From Myxococcales bacterium (lineage in GTDB: Bacteria > Myxococcota_A > Polyangia > Polyangiales > Polyangiaceae): a stretch of DNA of 64,000 bases. The translations under genes were made by a program, and so were the position numbers. Position 1 is the stretch's first letter. Each line of letters opens with the position of its first letter. The DNA lies in assembly GCA_043747615.1 (NCBI GenBank), contig JAYTOU010000017.1, positions 119,249-183,248 of the forward strand. The letters are read 5' to 3'. Shown here one piece after another: positions 37,494-47,154 of this stretch. The notes under the pieces were generated by a model. The model ran no database searches. It was not told the origin of the DNA and was given only the letters and a program-made list of their open reading frames with translations.

Positions 37494-38608
37494 ACGCCGT
37501 CTGGAGCTCGTTCCTCGCGATCTACCGAAAAGAATTTCTCCACGTCTTTCGCGACAAGGCGACGCTCATCGCCGCGTTGAGCATCCCGATTTTTCAGTTG
37601 ATCCTCTTCGGCTTCATCGACACGAGCGTGCGTGATCTGCCCACGGTGGTCGTCGATCAAGACAACACCATGTGGAGTCGCGAGCTTTTGGATCAGCTCC
37701 GCGCCACGCGCACGTTCCGGATCGCCCGCATCACACCCAACCCCCACGAAGCGCGTGAAGAGATCACCGCGGGGCGCGCGCGGGTGGGCATCGTCATCCC
37801 GCCCGACTACCACGACAAGCGGTCGCGCTCGCTCCCCGCGAAGGTCCTCGTGCTCATCGATGGATCCGACTCGACGGTGAGCGCGCAGGCCCTCGCGGCG
37901 GTAAACGGGCTTGCCGCGCAGGTGACCCTCCAGGAAATCACGAAGGAGGTCGCGAGGCCGCAGATGCCGCTCTCGGTGCAACCGATCATTCTGTTCAACC
38001 CCGAGGGGCGCACCGCGAACTTCATCATCCCGGGCCTCATCGCGATCTTGCTCCAGCTGATCGCGATCGTGTTCACGTCGCTCTCGATCGTTCGGGAGCG
38101 TGAGCGAGGGACGCTCGAGCAGCTCCTGGTGACCCCCATTCACCCGCTCGGCTTGATGCTCGGCAAGCTCGTGCCGTACCTCGTGATCGGTCTCGGAGAG
38201 ACGGCGGTGGTCCTTTTCGCGATGCGCTTTGGGTTCGACGTTCCCATCCGCGGCAGCCTCGTTTTCCTCTTTGCAATGGCCACGATCTACCTCTTTTCTC
38301 TCCTCGCGATCGGGCTCTTCATTTCTACCGCGGCGCAGACCCAGGCCGAGGCAATGCAGCGCGGTCAGATGCTCCTTTTGCCTTCGATTTTCTTGAGCGG
38401 ATATATTTTCCCGAGCGCGGGGCTCCCCCTGCCGCTCTATGCGATTGGTCGATTTCTTCCGGCCACCCACATGATGGAAATCATGCGCGGGGTGGTTCTT
38501 CGCGATGCGGGTCCGCTCGAGCTCCTGCCGAACGTGCTCGCCCTCGTCGCCATGTCCGTCGTGCTCGTCGCACTGAGCGCGCGGCGTTTCAAGAAGGTTG
38601 CCCTATGA
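37490..38608 (+). CDS. ABC-2 type permease (YbhS/YbhR-like)
   Basis: [30 protein letters not shown], multiple TMs. GTGA overlap. Confidence 0.9.
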   Translation: MNAVWSSFLAIYRKEFLHVFRDKATLIAALSIPIFQLILFGFIDTSVRDLPTVVVDQDNTMWSRELLDQLRATRTFRIARITPNPHEAREEITAGRARVGIVIPPDYHDKRSRSLPAKVLVLIDGSDSTVSAQALAAVNGLAAQVTLQEITKEVARPQMPLSVQPIILFNPEGRTANFIIPGLIAILLQLIAIVFTSLSIVRERERGTLEQLLVTPIHPLGLMLGKLVPYLVIGLGETAVVLFAMRFGFDVPIRGSLVFLFAMATIYLFSLLAIGLFISTAAQTQAEAMQRGQMLLLPSIFLSGYIFPSAGLPLPLYAIGRFLPATHMMEIMRGVVLRDAGPLELLPNVLALVAMSVVLVALSARRFKKVAL

Positions 38609-39456
38609 GTCGGATCCGCCTCGCGTTCTCTCCGGACAGCGACGACATCTTCATGTTTTGGGCGCTTTTGTCCGGCAAAATCGAAACGGAGGGGCTCTCT
38701 TTCGTTGCCGAGCGCGCCGACACCGAGACGCTCAACGCGCGCGCCGCCAAGGCCGACGTCGACGTCCTCGCCATTTCCATCGCGCGGTACGCCTCGGTCT
38801 CCGGCGACTACCTGCTCTTGCCACACGGAGCCTCGATCGGGCGCGGCTATGGTCCGGTGGTCGTTGCTCGCACGCCGATGACGCTCCGGGAGCTCGAGGG
38901 GAAACGGATTGGCGTGCCGGGCCTTCAGACGACGGCGTACCTCACGCTTCGCGTTCTCTTTCCGCGCTTCGAAGCGGTGACCATTCCGATCTCACCGTAC
39001 GCGCGAACCTTCGAGGCGCTCCGCAGCGGCGAAGTGGACGCCGCGCTCGTCATTCACGAAGGCAGGCTCACCTTCGAAAGAGAGGGCATGCACAAGGTGG
39101 TCGACATCGGTGAGGACTGGACCAAGCTGACCGGTCTCCCCCTCCCCCTTGGTGGAAACGCCATTCGCCGCGGGCTGGGCGAAGCGCGGATCGCCCAGAT
39201 TTCTCGGCTCTGCAGAGAGTCGATCTCCTGGGCGCTCGCTCATCGCGAGGAGGTGATGACCGCGCTCATCGCCGAGGAGTCGCGCCCCGCGCTGGCCATC
39301 GATCGCGCGCTCCTCGATCGCTACCTCGCGATGTACGCGAACGAGGACACGCTCGACATGAAGGCCGACGTGAAGGAAGCGATTGTGGAGTTGTTCCGGC
39401 GCGGCGCTCTAGCGGGCCTTGTCCCGAGCGGCGCTACGCCGGAGTTCTCGCCCTGA
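38605..39456 (+). CDS. mqnD: 1,4-dihydroxy-6-naphthoate synthase (futalosine pathway), MqnD-like
   Basis: SPDSDDIFMF, GRGYGP, TTAYL, IHEG, LPLPLG, MYAN. Confidence 0.8.
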   Translation: MSRIRLAFSPDSDDIFMFWALLSGKIETEGLSFVAERADTETLNARAAKADVDVLAISIARYASVSGDYLLLPHGASIGRGYGPVVVARTPMTLRELEGKRIGVPGLQTTAYLTLRVLFPRFEAVTIPISPYARTFEALRSGEVDAALVIHEGRLTFEREGMHKVVDIGEDWTKLTGLPLPLGGNAIRRGLGEARIAQISRLCRESISWALAHREEVMTALIAEESRPALAIDRALLDRYLAMYANEDTLDMKADVKEAIVELFRRGALAGLVPSGATPEFSP

Positions 39457-39462
39457 AATTTC

Positions 39463-39954
39463 TCAGCTGCCGTCGCGTCGGCGGATGCCGCCGTCGTTAC
39501 CGCCCGCCATGATGACTGGCTCTGCGGCGGGCGTGCACGTGAGGCACTCGTCCACACCGTCGATCCTGACGCACGCGACGAGGCTGCCGCCTACGTCCGT
39601 CCATCTGCCGACGACGGAGCTCGGGGGCAAGCCCTTCGCTTTTGGGCCCGACACGATCGACCCGCCGCACGCGAGAAAGACGCCGTTGTCCGGGTGGTCG
39701 TCGTGAGGGCACGTGGGGGAGTTGGATGAGAACGTCACTCCGCCGCTGACGTCCTTCCCTTGGATCGCGCCCGTGCACTGATAGAAGCCCCGGCACGGAG
39801 CGCAGCCTCCGGGATCACCCGAGCCGACGGCGCCTTCCGGTCCGCGCGCCGCGGGATCGGTGCTTGGCCCCGACGAGATGCCCGAACCGGGGCCACCGCT
39901 GCAAGCCGCAACGATCGCCCCGAAGCACGCCGCCATCGCGAGTTTTTGAAACAT
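39463..39954 (-). CDS. Cys-rich lipoprotein
   Basis: Lipobox VAAC, paired Cys, TGATG overlap with the upstream gene. Confidence 0.65.
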   Translation of the reverse strand: MFQKLAMAACFGAIVAACSGGPGSGISSGPSTDPAARGPEGAVGSGDPGGCAPCRGFYQCTGAIQGKDVSGGVTFSSNSPTCPHDDHPDNGVFLACGGSIVSGPKAKGLPPSSVVGRWTDVGGSLVACVRIDGVDECLTCTPAAEPVIMAGGNDGGIRRRDGS

Positions 39955-40793
39955 CAGAAATAGTAGAACGCGGAGATGTTGTTGACAAACAGCGCCCACG
40001 GATCTGCGTTCACACTGGTGGTGAAGGTGTTCGTGTTGTCCGAGAAGCTCGCCGTTCCGGCTGCCGTATTGGTCGACGCCTTGAAGCCTTCGTGTCGGAA
40101 GTACGCGCCGACGCTCGCCTGAAGCGAGAGCTGCGGAACGCCGATGAAGCCGAAATAGACCTCCGCGCCAACGCGGGCGCCGAGATCGAGACGGAAGCCG
40201 CTGAGATCGATGTCGGGGACGCCGGGCGCGCCCTTGATCGTGCCGGACGTGAAGCCGGCCGTCGCTTCGGGGACGACGGTGAACGTGTAGTGCTTGCCGC
40301 TGGCGAACGCGAGAGGCACGCCGCCGTGAAGGGCGAGGCCAAGACGACTCGGTTTGTCGGTCGTGGTGTCCGCGCCGGGTGCGACGGCTTCGTTGGAGCC
40401 GCTGGTGAGCCCGAAGCCGATGCCGGCATCGATGCCGATCATCTTCGACATCCAGTAGCGAACGCCGATGATCGGCGCGTTGACGTTTTCACGCCCCACT
40501 CCGCCTCCGCCGCCCGCACCACCGGGAAAGCCAGCGGCGATGGGGAGCTGTGAGATCCCGAAGTAGCCGACGCCGAAGTGACCGACGAGCGCATCGTGAT
40601 CGGTCCCCGTCGACTCAGGCTCGGGCGCGGGCTTTTTTTCCGTCGCGGCGGGCGTCGTCGCGGCGGGCGGCGTCGTGGCCGGGAGCGGAGGCGGGGGCGG
40701 CGGAGCGACGACCGTCGTGTCCTGAGCCTGCGCCCGACCGGTGATCGCCAGCACTCCAAGAGTGATCGCTGCACAAAATATCGACTGTCTCAT
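39954..40793 (-). CDS. Outer-membrane beta-barrel protein
   Basis: Signal peptide ending AQA, Pro-rich N-terminus, alternating Gly/aromatic strands, C-terminal AFYYF beta-signal. Confidence 0.75.
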   Translation of the reverse strand: MRQSIFCAAITLGVLAITGRAQAQDTTVVAPPPPPPLPATTPPAATTPAATEKKPAPEPESTGTDHDALVGHFGVGYFGISQLPIAAGFPGGAGGGGGVGRENVNAPIIGVRYWMSKMIGIDAGIGFGLTSGSNEAVAPGADTTTDKPSRLGLALHGGVPLAFASGKHYTFTVVPEATAGFTSGTIKGAPGVPDIDLSGFRLDLGARVGAEVYFGFIGVPQLSLQASVGAYFRHEGFKASTNTAAGTASFSDNTNTFTTSVNADPWALFVNNISAFYYF

Positions 40794-40954
40794 CGGGAAA
40801 ACCCTCCGTCGTTCACGCATGAAAAACACAGCGTCATAATTGGGCCAAGAAAACGCCGGAAGGCCCTTCGGCCGAGAACGCCATTGCGGTGCAATCCGGG
40901 GCGGCTACATTGACTAGCCTTAGGTCGGCGCGTGTTTTCCGCGCGGGGAGGTCC

Positions 40955-41296
40955 TTGAATGCAGCTGCGAGCTCTGGTGCGGTCGCGACCGCGGTGATGA
41001 TCTTGATCGCTGGATGCGGAAGCACGGCGGCTCCCGAACGAACGGCCGAGACCAACGAACGCGTGCAGGGCGACAGCGGCTTCACCTGCGTCGATCTCGG
41101 AGGCGGCGCCGGCGGGTGCGTCGCTACCGCGCAAACGGATGCAGGCGCCACCGCGCAGACCAGCACCTCCAGCGGCTGTGCGATCGCGAGCCGCGGGCGG
41201 GCGCGTCGCGAAGGCGAACGAGCCCCCTGGAAAACGCTGGCCATCGGAGCTTTCGCTCTTCTCGCCACCGCCCGCAGGCGTCGTTCAAGGAGATGA
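40955..41296 (+). CDS. Small lipoprotein with MYXO-CTERM-like C-terminus
   Basis: TTG start after GGAGG, lipobox IAGC, C-terminal SSGC..hydrophobic helix..RRRR. Confidence 0.55.
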   Translation: MNAAASSGAVATAVMILIAGCGSTAAPERTAETNERVQGDSGFTCVDLGGGAGGCVATAQTDAGATAQTSTSSGCAIASRGRARREGERAPWKTLAIGAFALLATARRRRSRR

Positions 41297-42168
41297 CGGT
41301 ACGGCCCAGCGCGGCCCTCGCGGCAGTCGCTCTCTTCTCTGTCGCCTGCGCACTCGCTTGCACGAAGGCCGAGCCGACGCCCGCGTCGAAGGCCGCGGCG
41401 CACCGGGTGGTCTCGCTCTCTCCTTCGACCACGGAAGCGATGTTCGCGATTGGAGCGATGGACGCGCTCGTGGGTCGCTCACGCTATTGCGATTTTCCGC
41501 AGGAGGTCGAGAAGCTTCCGCAGGTGGGCGGCTACGCCGATCCCAATCTCGAAGCCATCTTTGCTCTCAAGCCGGATCTCGTGGTCGGGGCGCGCGGGCC
41601 AGCCGGGCCACAGCTTGCCGAGAAGCTCGCGGCGCACGGCGCGGGAACCTACTTTCCGGAGACGGAGTCGCTGGCGCAGATCGATGCGATGCTCCTCGGG
41701 CTCGGAGAACGAACGGGGCACGCCGAGGCCGCACGCGCCACTGTAGTGGGAATCGATGCGCGGGTCGCGGCGGTGGCCGAAGCGGTGCGGAGCCTGCCTA
41801 GGATCCGGGTGCTGATGGTCTTCGGCCTCGCGCCTATCGTGGCGACGGGACCGAAGAGTTTTCCGAATGAGATGATCGAACGGGCGGGCGGCGCGAATGC
41901 GGTGATCGAAGGGACGCCCTACCCGGTGCTCGGAATGGAGCGTGTTTTTGCGCTCGATCCTGATCTCATCGTCAACTGCGCGATGGCCGGGGCGCATGGC
42001 TCCGAGCAGATTCACGCGGATGCGCCGGGGTGGAAGAATCTACGCGCCGTGAAGCAAGGGAAGGTCATCGCGCTGAGCGACGAGAGCGTTCTTCGTCCCG
42101 GACCTCGCGTGGGGGAAGCGCTGGCCATTCTCGCTCGCGTCATTCACCCCGAGGCCAAGATCCCCTGA
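41293..42168 (+). CDS. BtuF-like helical-backbone cobalamin/metal-chelate binding lipoprotein
   Basis: Lipobox ALAC, RVVSLSPSTTE, NLEAIFALKPDL, AVKQGKV, RPGPR. Confidence 0.85.
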   Translation: MTVRPSAALAAVALFSVACALACTKAEPTPASKAAAHRVVSLSPSTTEAMFAIGAMDALVGRSRYCDFPQEVEKLPQVGGYADPNLEAIFALKPDLVVGARGPAGPQLAEKLAAHGAGTYFPETESLAQIDAMLLGLGERTGHAEAARATVVGIDARVAAVAEAVRSLPRIRVLMVFGLAPIVATGPKSFPNEMIERAGGANAVIEGTPYPVLGMERVFALDPDLIVNCAMAGAHGSEQIHADAPGWKNLRAVKQGKVIALSDESVLRPGPRVGEALAILARVIHPEAKIP

Positions 42169-42914
42169 TGACGAAGGTTCGGATCGATCAGCTTCTCGTC
42201 GCGGAAGGCCTTGCCCCCACGCGTGCGCGCGCCCAGGCCCTCATCCTTGCGGGCAAAGTGTACGTAGGGGACGCGCGGGTCGAGAAGGCGGGCACCGCAT
42301 TTCCTGAAGACGCCAACGTGAGCGTTCGCGGCCTCGATCATCCCTATGTGTCGCGTGGCGGGGTGAAGCTCGCAGGTGCGCTCGATCACTTCGGGGTCAA
42401 CGTCGACGGCCTTCGCTGTCTCGATCTCGGCGCGTCTACCGGAGGCTTCACCGACTGCTTGCTTCAGCGCGGTGCGCGCGCCGTCGTCGCCGTCGATGTC
42501 GGCTACGGGCAGCTCGCTCACAAGCTGCGCGTCGATCCAAAGGTGGTGGTCATGGAGCGCACGAACGGCCGCTCGCTCACCGCGGAGGCCGTCGGCGGCG
42601 TCGTCGATCTGACGGTGGTCGATGCTTCGTTCATCGGCCTGCATCAGCTGACCGAAGCCATCGCCCGCGTGACCCGCGACGGAGGCGAGCTGGTCGCTCT
42701 CGTGAAGCCCCAGTTCGAAGTGGGGCGCGAAGAAGCGTCGCGAGGCAAGGGAGTGATTCGCGACGAGGTCGTGCGAAAAGAGGCTATTTTACGGGCTGCG
42801 CGCGCAATCGAAGAAGCCGGATTCGCGCTCATCGGCGAGTGCGACTCGAGCATTGCCGGCCCAAAGGGCAACGTCGAAGCGTTCGTCCACGCCCGGCGCG
42901 CGCTAGCGAAGTAG
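42168..42914 (+). CDS. tlyA: TlyA family rRNA 2'-O-methyltransferase
   Basis: S4 domain, YVSRGGVKL, LDLGASTGGFTD, DASFI, KPQFE, GPKGN. Confidence 0.93.
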   Translation: MTKVRIDQLLVAEGLAPTRARAQALILAGKVYVGDARVEKAGTAFPEDANVSVRGLDHPYVSRGGVKLAGALDHFGVNVDGLRCLDLGASTGGFTDCLLQRGARAVVAVDVGYGQLAHKLRVDPKVVVMERTNGRSLTAEAVGGVVDLTVVDASFIGLHQLTEAIARVTRDGGELVALVKPQFEVGREEASRGKGVIRDEVVRKEAILRAARAIEEAGFALIGECDSSIAGPKGNVEAFVHARRALAK

Positions 42915-42919
42915 AGCCG

Positions 42920-43981
42920 CTAGTTCTGGCAGCAGACGGTGATCGGTGTGGTCGGCGCCACGGAGCCGATGGGCGTGCCGGCATCGGCGACGTTGCACGC
43001 GCCGGTCGGCGTTCCCGGACCGACGTTGACGTGGCTCCCGCCAGACCCAGCCACGCCGGGAACGCATCCGCCGTCATAGTTGAACGTCTGCGCGTTTTGG
43101 TTGCAGCCGCCGTTGGTCGTCAGCGTGAGCGTGCCCGTGCAATTGCCGCCGGTCGTCCCGCAGCTGCACGATGTACAATCGCGGGTGTCGGTGGCGCCGG
43201 TGGCGAGCGCGAGCTTGAAGCCTCCGGGACAAGGCTGGTCTCCTGCGCGGGCGACGCAGACGGGAGCACCGCTCGAAGGCGCGCAGAAGCTGTGGAAGTC
43301 GCAGAGCCCCGTCGCGCTGCTCGTGCAGATATGCTCGATTCCCCCGTCGAACGTGGGGATCACTTTCGTCTGCGTCGGCGTCGCGCAAACGGGCGGCATT
43401 TCGGTTTGAACGGCCTGGATCCCGTCCCCCGCCGCCAGGTTGATCGTGACGCCCGACACGCACGAGTTGTCGGCGGGAGGCGAGACGATGGCCGTCCCGC
43501 ACGCTGGGCCCGTCGAGATCGCCGCGGTGGCGCTGCATACGCCCGCTTGTGAAACCGTGCAGCCGCTGCAGCTGCACGAGGTCGCGCCAGGCACGGTGTA
43601 GTCGATGACCGAGACGGCCGTGAATGGAACGGGATACGCGCCGCCGCAGGTGGCAATGGCAAGGGTGACGAGCTGCCAAGCCGGCGGAATAAAGGGCGCG
43701 CATTTCGTACCCGGGGCGCAGCCTGCGTCGTCGTCGCAGAGAGCGAGGCTGGCGCCGAGGCAAGGGCCCACGTCCGCCGGCACGTCGAACGGATTGTCGC
43801 TAATCGCGTCGCGGATGCCGGAATCCACGGCGCCGTCCGGTGCGAGCCCATCCGTCGTTGCGTCCGTGTGCGCGCCGCCATCGTCGCCGACGGCATCCAC
43901 GCCCGCGAGATCGAGGCTGCAGCTTGCGGCTCCGCAAAGCAAAGCGCCAACGCCGATGCTAGCCCCCCAGCCACGCCACAT
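42920..43981 (-). CDS. Cys-rich lipoprotein with two internal repeats
   Basis: Lipobox AASC, DGG/DA linker, more than 25 Cys, duplicated TSCSC..C..C..C module. Confidence 0.75.
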   Translation of the reverse strand: MWRGWGASIGVGALLCGAASCSLDLAGVDAVGDDGGAHTDATTDGLAPDGAVDSGIRDAISDNPFDVPADVGPCLGASLALCDDDAGCAPGTKCAPFIPPAWQLVTLAIATCGGAYPVPFTAVSVIDYTVPGATSCSCSGCTVSQAGVCSATAAISTGPACGTAIVSPPADNSCVSGVTINLAAGDGIQAVQTEMPPVCATPTQTKVIPTFDGGIEHICTSSATGLCDFHSFCAPSSGAPVCVARAGDQPCPGGFKLALATGATDTRDCTSCSCGTTGGNCTGTLTLTTNGGCNQNAQTFNYDGGCVPGVAGSGGSHVNVGPGTPTGACNVADAGTPIGSVAPTTPITVCCQN

Positions 43982-44054
43982 TCCGCTTCAGTCTGACAGC
44001 TCGAGATCCACTCGCCAAGGGGATGCTGCTAGAAGGCTTGTCACCTTACCCCCC

Positions 44055-45287
44055 ATGCGACGCCCCTCCCTCGGTGCCATTTTTCTCACCGTCTTCCTCG
44101 ATCTGCTCGGGTTTGGGCTCGTCATCCCGTTCCTTGCCGAAGAAGCGCGCGACAACTTTCACACGACCGCCTTTGTGGGAACGCTCCTCGGCGCGGTCTA
44201 CTCGCTCATGCAGTTCCTCTTCGTCCCTGTGTGGGGGCGCCTCTCCGACAACGTAGGCAGGCGCCCCGTGCTCGTCTGGTCGGTCGCCGCGAGCGCGGTC
44301 TCGATGTGCGGTCTCGGCCTCGCGATCGCTTACGGCAACTCGGTGGCCTGGCTCTTCGCCGCGCGGATTTTCAGCGGGATTGCGACGGCGAACCTCGGGA
44401 CAGCGAGCGCGTACATCGCCGACATCACCAAGCCCGAAGACCGGGCGCGCGGAATGGGTCTCATCGGAATGGCCTTCGGCCTCGGCTTCATCCTCGGTCC
44501 GGCGCTGGGCGGGCTCCTCGCGAAGATCCAGGTCAACGGCCACTCCGGATCGGTCGCCTGTTTCGTCGCCGCAGGCCTCAGCGTCGTCAACTTTGGGTGG
44601 GTCTTCTTCGGGCTGGCCGAGTCGCTTCCGAAAGAGCGCCGCGCGACGTTGGCAAAGCGCGCGCTTGCGCCACTCAACATGGACGCCGCACGCCGAGCGT
44701 TTGCGCAGGAGGATCTCGGGCGAGCGATCATCGTGAACTTTCTGATCGTTCTGTCCTTCACGAATCTCGATCAGACGTTTCGCTACTTCAACAAAGACAT
44801 CTTCGGCATGGACCAAGTCGAGACCGGGCTTCTCCTGGCGTTCATCGGCGTCTGCGCGGCGGTGGTGCAAGGAGGCCTCATTCGTCCGCTCGCCAAGAGG
44901 TATCCGGAGGCGGCGCTCATTCGCATCGGAGTGGCGTTTCAGGCTCTCGCCTTCACCGGCTTCGCGCTCGCGCCGGACTTCGGGCGAAAGAGTCTCTTCG
45001 TCGCGGGCGGGCTCCTCGCGTTCGGCAACGGCCTCACCCAACCGACCGTGTCGGCGTACGTCTCGAAGCGCGCGGGGGCGACCGAACAAGGAGCCATGCT
45101 CGGGACGAACCAGTCGGCGGCGAGCCTCGCTCGCGTCATCGGCCCGGCCTTCGGAGGCTACGTCTACGGCGCGCTCGGCCCACGCTCGCCCTACATTGCC
45201 GCGGCCATCGGTATGGTGATCGCCCTTGTTTTTACGGCTCGCCTGACGTCACGCGTCGATCAAAGAACGAGCACCCAGACGTCGTAG
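44055..45287 (+). CDS. MFS transporter, TetA/DHA1-like
   Basis: FLDLLGFG, motif A GRLSDNVGRR, AYIADIT, GFILGPALGG. Confidence 0.92.
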   Translation: MRRPSLGAIFLTVFLDLLGFGLVIPFLAEEARDNFHTTAFVGTLLGAVYSLMQFLFVPVWGRLSDNVGRRPVLVWSVAASAVSMCGLGLAIAYGNSVAWLFAARIFSGIATANLGTASAYIADITKPEDRARGMGLIGMAFGLGFILGPALGGLLAKIQVNGHSGSVACFVAAGLSVVNFGWVFFGLAESLPKERRATLAKRALAPLNMDAARRAFAQEDLGRAIIVNFLIVLSFTNLDQTFRYFNKDIFGMDQVETGLLLAFIGVCAAVVQGGLIRPLAKRYPEAALIRIGVAFQALAFTGFALAPDFGRKSLFVAGGLLAFGNGLTQPTVSAYVSKRAGATEQGAMLGTNQSAASLARVIGPAFGGYVYGALGPRSPYIAAAIGMVIALVFTARLTSRVDQRTSTQTS

Positions 45288-46006
45288 AGGGCGTGAGCCC
45301 AGACCGCGGCGGCGAATCCGCGCGTCACGTAGATGAGGGTGAGCGTGAGCCCGAGCACCATCCGAAAGACGAACGACGACATCTGGAAAGCGTCGCCCAT
45401 CGCCCCCGTGTAGTGCACGCCGCTGAAGATCGCTGCCGAGGCGAGGGCCCACGCGAAACCGATCGCGAACGAGCGAAACGACAGACGCCCTTTGGTGGTC
45501 TCGACCATTCCCACTTGCTGGTGAGCGAAGAACCACACGAGGAGCTTTGCGCCGAGCCCAAAGAGAAGAACACGGAAGGCGAGCTCTTCGTAGAACCCAG
45601 CGCCGAGGGACATGATGATGCCGGTGAAGCGGCCTTCGTCCTTGATGCTTCCGGCGAAGAGATGGCCCACGACAAACGATCCTGTGAGTCGCATGAGGAG
45701 CGCGTAGAGAATCCCCTCGCCTGCGATCTGCACGAATTTTCCTGGGCGAAACGCGTGCCCCCGGCCGAGCCACGCGAAGACGCCGGCGAAGATGACGCCG
45801 ATGGCCGCGGTCAGGAGGAGGTAGACGCCACGGTTGCCTTCGGCGAGACGGAAGAGCTCGAAGGTGACGACGTCCGACGCGTTGTGGACGTGGAGAAAGA
45901 TGACGCCGGAGTGGTAGAGGAGAAAAATCGGAAGGGTGAGCCCGAGGTCTACCCACGCGCCGGGTTTGGCGGTGAGCGAATTCGCCGCTTCCTCAGGTGT
46001 GCTCAT
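45260..46006 (-). CDS. CPBP (CAAX protease/Abi) intramembrane endopeptidase
   Basis: YEELAFR, FSGVH, HALYD, multiple TMs. Alternative start 46018. Confidence 0.85.
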   Translation of the reverse strand: MSTPEEAANSLTAKPGAWVDLGLTLPIFLLYHSGVIFLHVHNASDVVTFELFRLAEGNRGVYLLLTAAIGVIFAGVFAWLGRGHAFRPGKFVQIAGEGILYALLMRLTGSFVVGHLFAGSIKDEGRFTGIIMSLGAGFYEELAFRVLLFGLGAKLLVWFFAHQQVGMVETTKGRLSFRSFAIGFAWALASAAIFSGVHYTGAMGDAFQMSSFVFRMVLGLTLTLIYVTRGFAAAVWAHALYDVWVLVL

Positions 46007-46078
46007 GCTCGTCAGCATGCAAAGGGAACACGGCGGGCGCCAGTTTTATGCGTTCGCCGACGCACTCGATCGCCCGCG

Positions 46079-46999
46079 CTACGCGCTCGGACGCAACCGA
46101 TACACGATGGCCACCACCACGATGACCCACAAAACCAAGTTCAAAACGAAGGGAACGTCGCGCAGCATCTCCTGGGTCGGAGACTCGCTCTTCAAGCCGC
46201 GCCCAGCGCGACCTGAGACCAAGAAGAGAAAGCGAAGAATTCCGAACGCGACGAAGGGCGCCGTCATCCACAAGGATCGCGAGTTGAAGAACGCGCACGT
46301 CACCGGATCGAACGCGTACGCGATGTACGTGACCACCGTCGCGCCGCCGGTGATGGCGAGCGCAATGTTGAGAGCCATCGGCCGGTAGGCTTCGAGCGCG
46401 ACGCGCGATTTTCTTCCGCCGTCTTCTCCGGCGAGCTCGTGCCGCCTCTTTCCGAAGCCGAGAAAGAGGGCGATGAGCGCGGTGCAGGCGAGCATGTACA
46501 TGCTGACGTGGACGCCCGTCGCGAGCCCGCCGGCGATCACCCGGAGGACGAAGCCGAGCGCGATGAGCGCTACGTCGAGGAAGGCGACCTTCTTCAGCTT
46601 GAAGGTGTAGGCAATGTTCTCGACGAAGTAGAGAAGCGCGACCCCGAAGAATCTCCAGTCGAGGAGGTACCCGATGCCGAGCGAGACGACGACGAGGAGC
46701 GTCGCCATCAGCCAGGCCATCCCCTCGGGGACGCTGCCGCTCGCGATCGGCCTGTCGCGTTTGATCGGATGCGCGCGATCGGCCTCGACGTCTGCGAGAT
46801 CGTTGATCGTGTAGACGGCTCCTGCGAGCAGGCAAAAAACGCCCGTCGCTGCGAGGGCCCGCCCGGTCACCGCGAGGTTCAGCGCGGGACCCTGAGGCGT
46901 CGTGAGAAAGACATCCTTGTTGAAGAACATCGGCGCGAGGACGAAGAGATTCTTCACCCACTGATGGGGACGAAGTGTCTTGATCAGTCCTGCGAGCAT
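46079..46999 (-). CDS. UbiA-family prenyltransferase, polyprenyl-phosphate phosphoribosyltransferase-like
   Basis: LRPHQWVKN, YTINDLADVEADRAHP.KR.RPIASG, GFVLRV, KRRHEL, SPT. Confidence 0.85.
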   Translation of the reverse strand: MLAGLIKTLRPHQWVKNLFVLAPMFFNKDVFLTTPQGPALNLAVTGRALAATGVFCLLAGAVYTINDLADVEADRAHPIKRDRPIASGSVPEGMAWLMATLLVVVSLGIGYLLDWRFFGVALLYFVENIAYTFKLKKVAFLDVALIALGFVLRVIAGGLATGVHVSMYMLACTALIALFLGFGKRRHELAGEDGGRKSRVALEAYRPMALNIALAITGGATVVTYIAYAFDPVTCAFFNSRSLWMTAPFVAFGILRFLFLVSGRAGRGLKSESPTQEMLRDVPFVLNLVLWVIVVVAIVYRLRPSA

Positions 47000-47154
47000 C
47001 CCAGCGGCGTTTGTAAACTAGGTCTGCCAGTTGCGCACTCGCTAACTGAGGCGCATCGCCGTTCGCGACAGAGGGAGATCGCTTTTTTTGTCTAGGACTC
47101 GCCGGGCAAAACAAGGGTTTCCTCGCGAGGTCTTCCCCTACTAGAGTCGCTCGA

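Noticed and set aside
40831..40848. Fourth sigma54 promoter upstream of the beta-barrel gene (TTGGCCCAATTATGAC)
   Set aside because: The -12 GC is absent at the required spacing.
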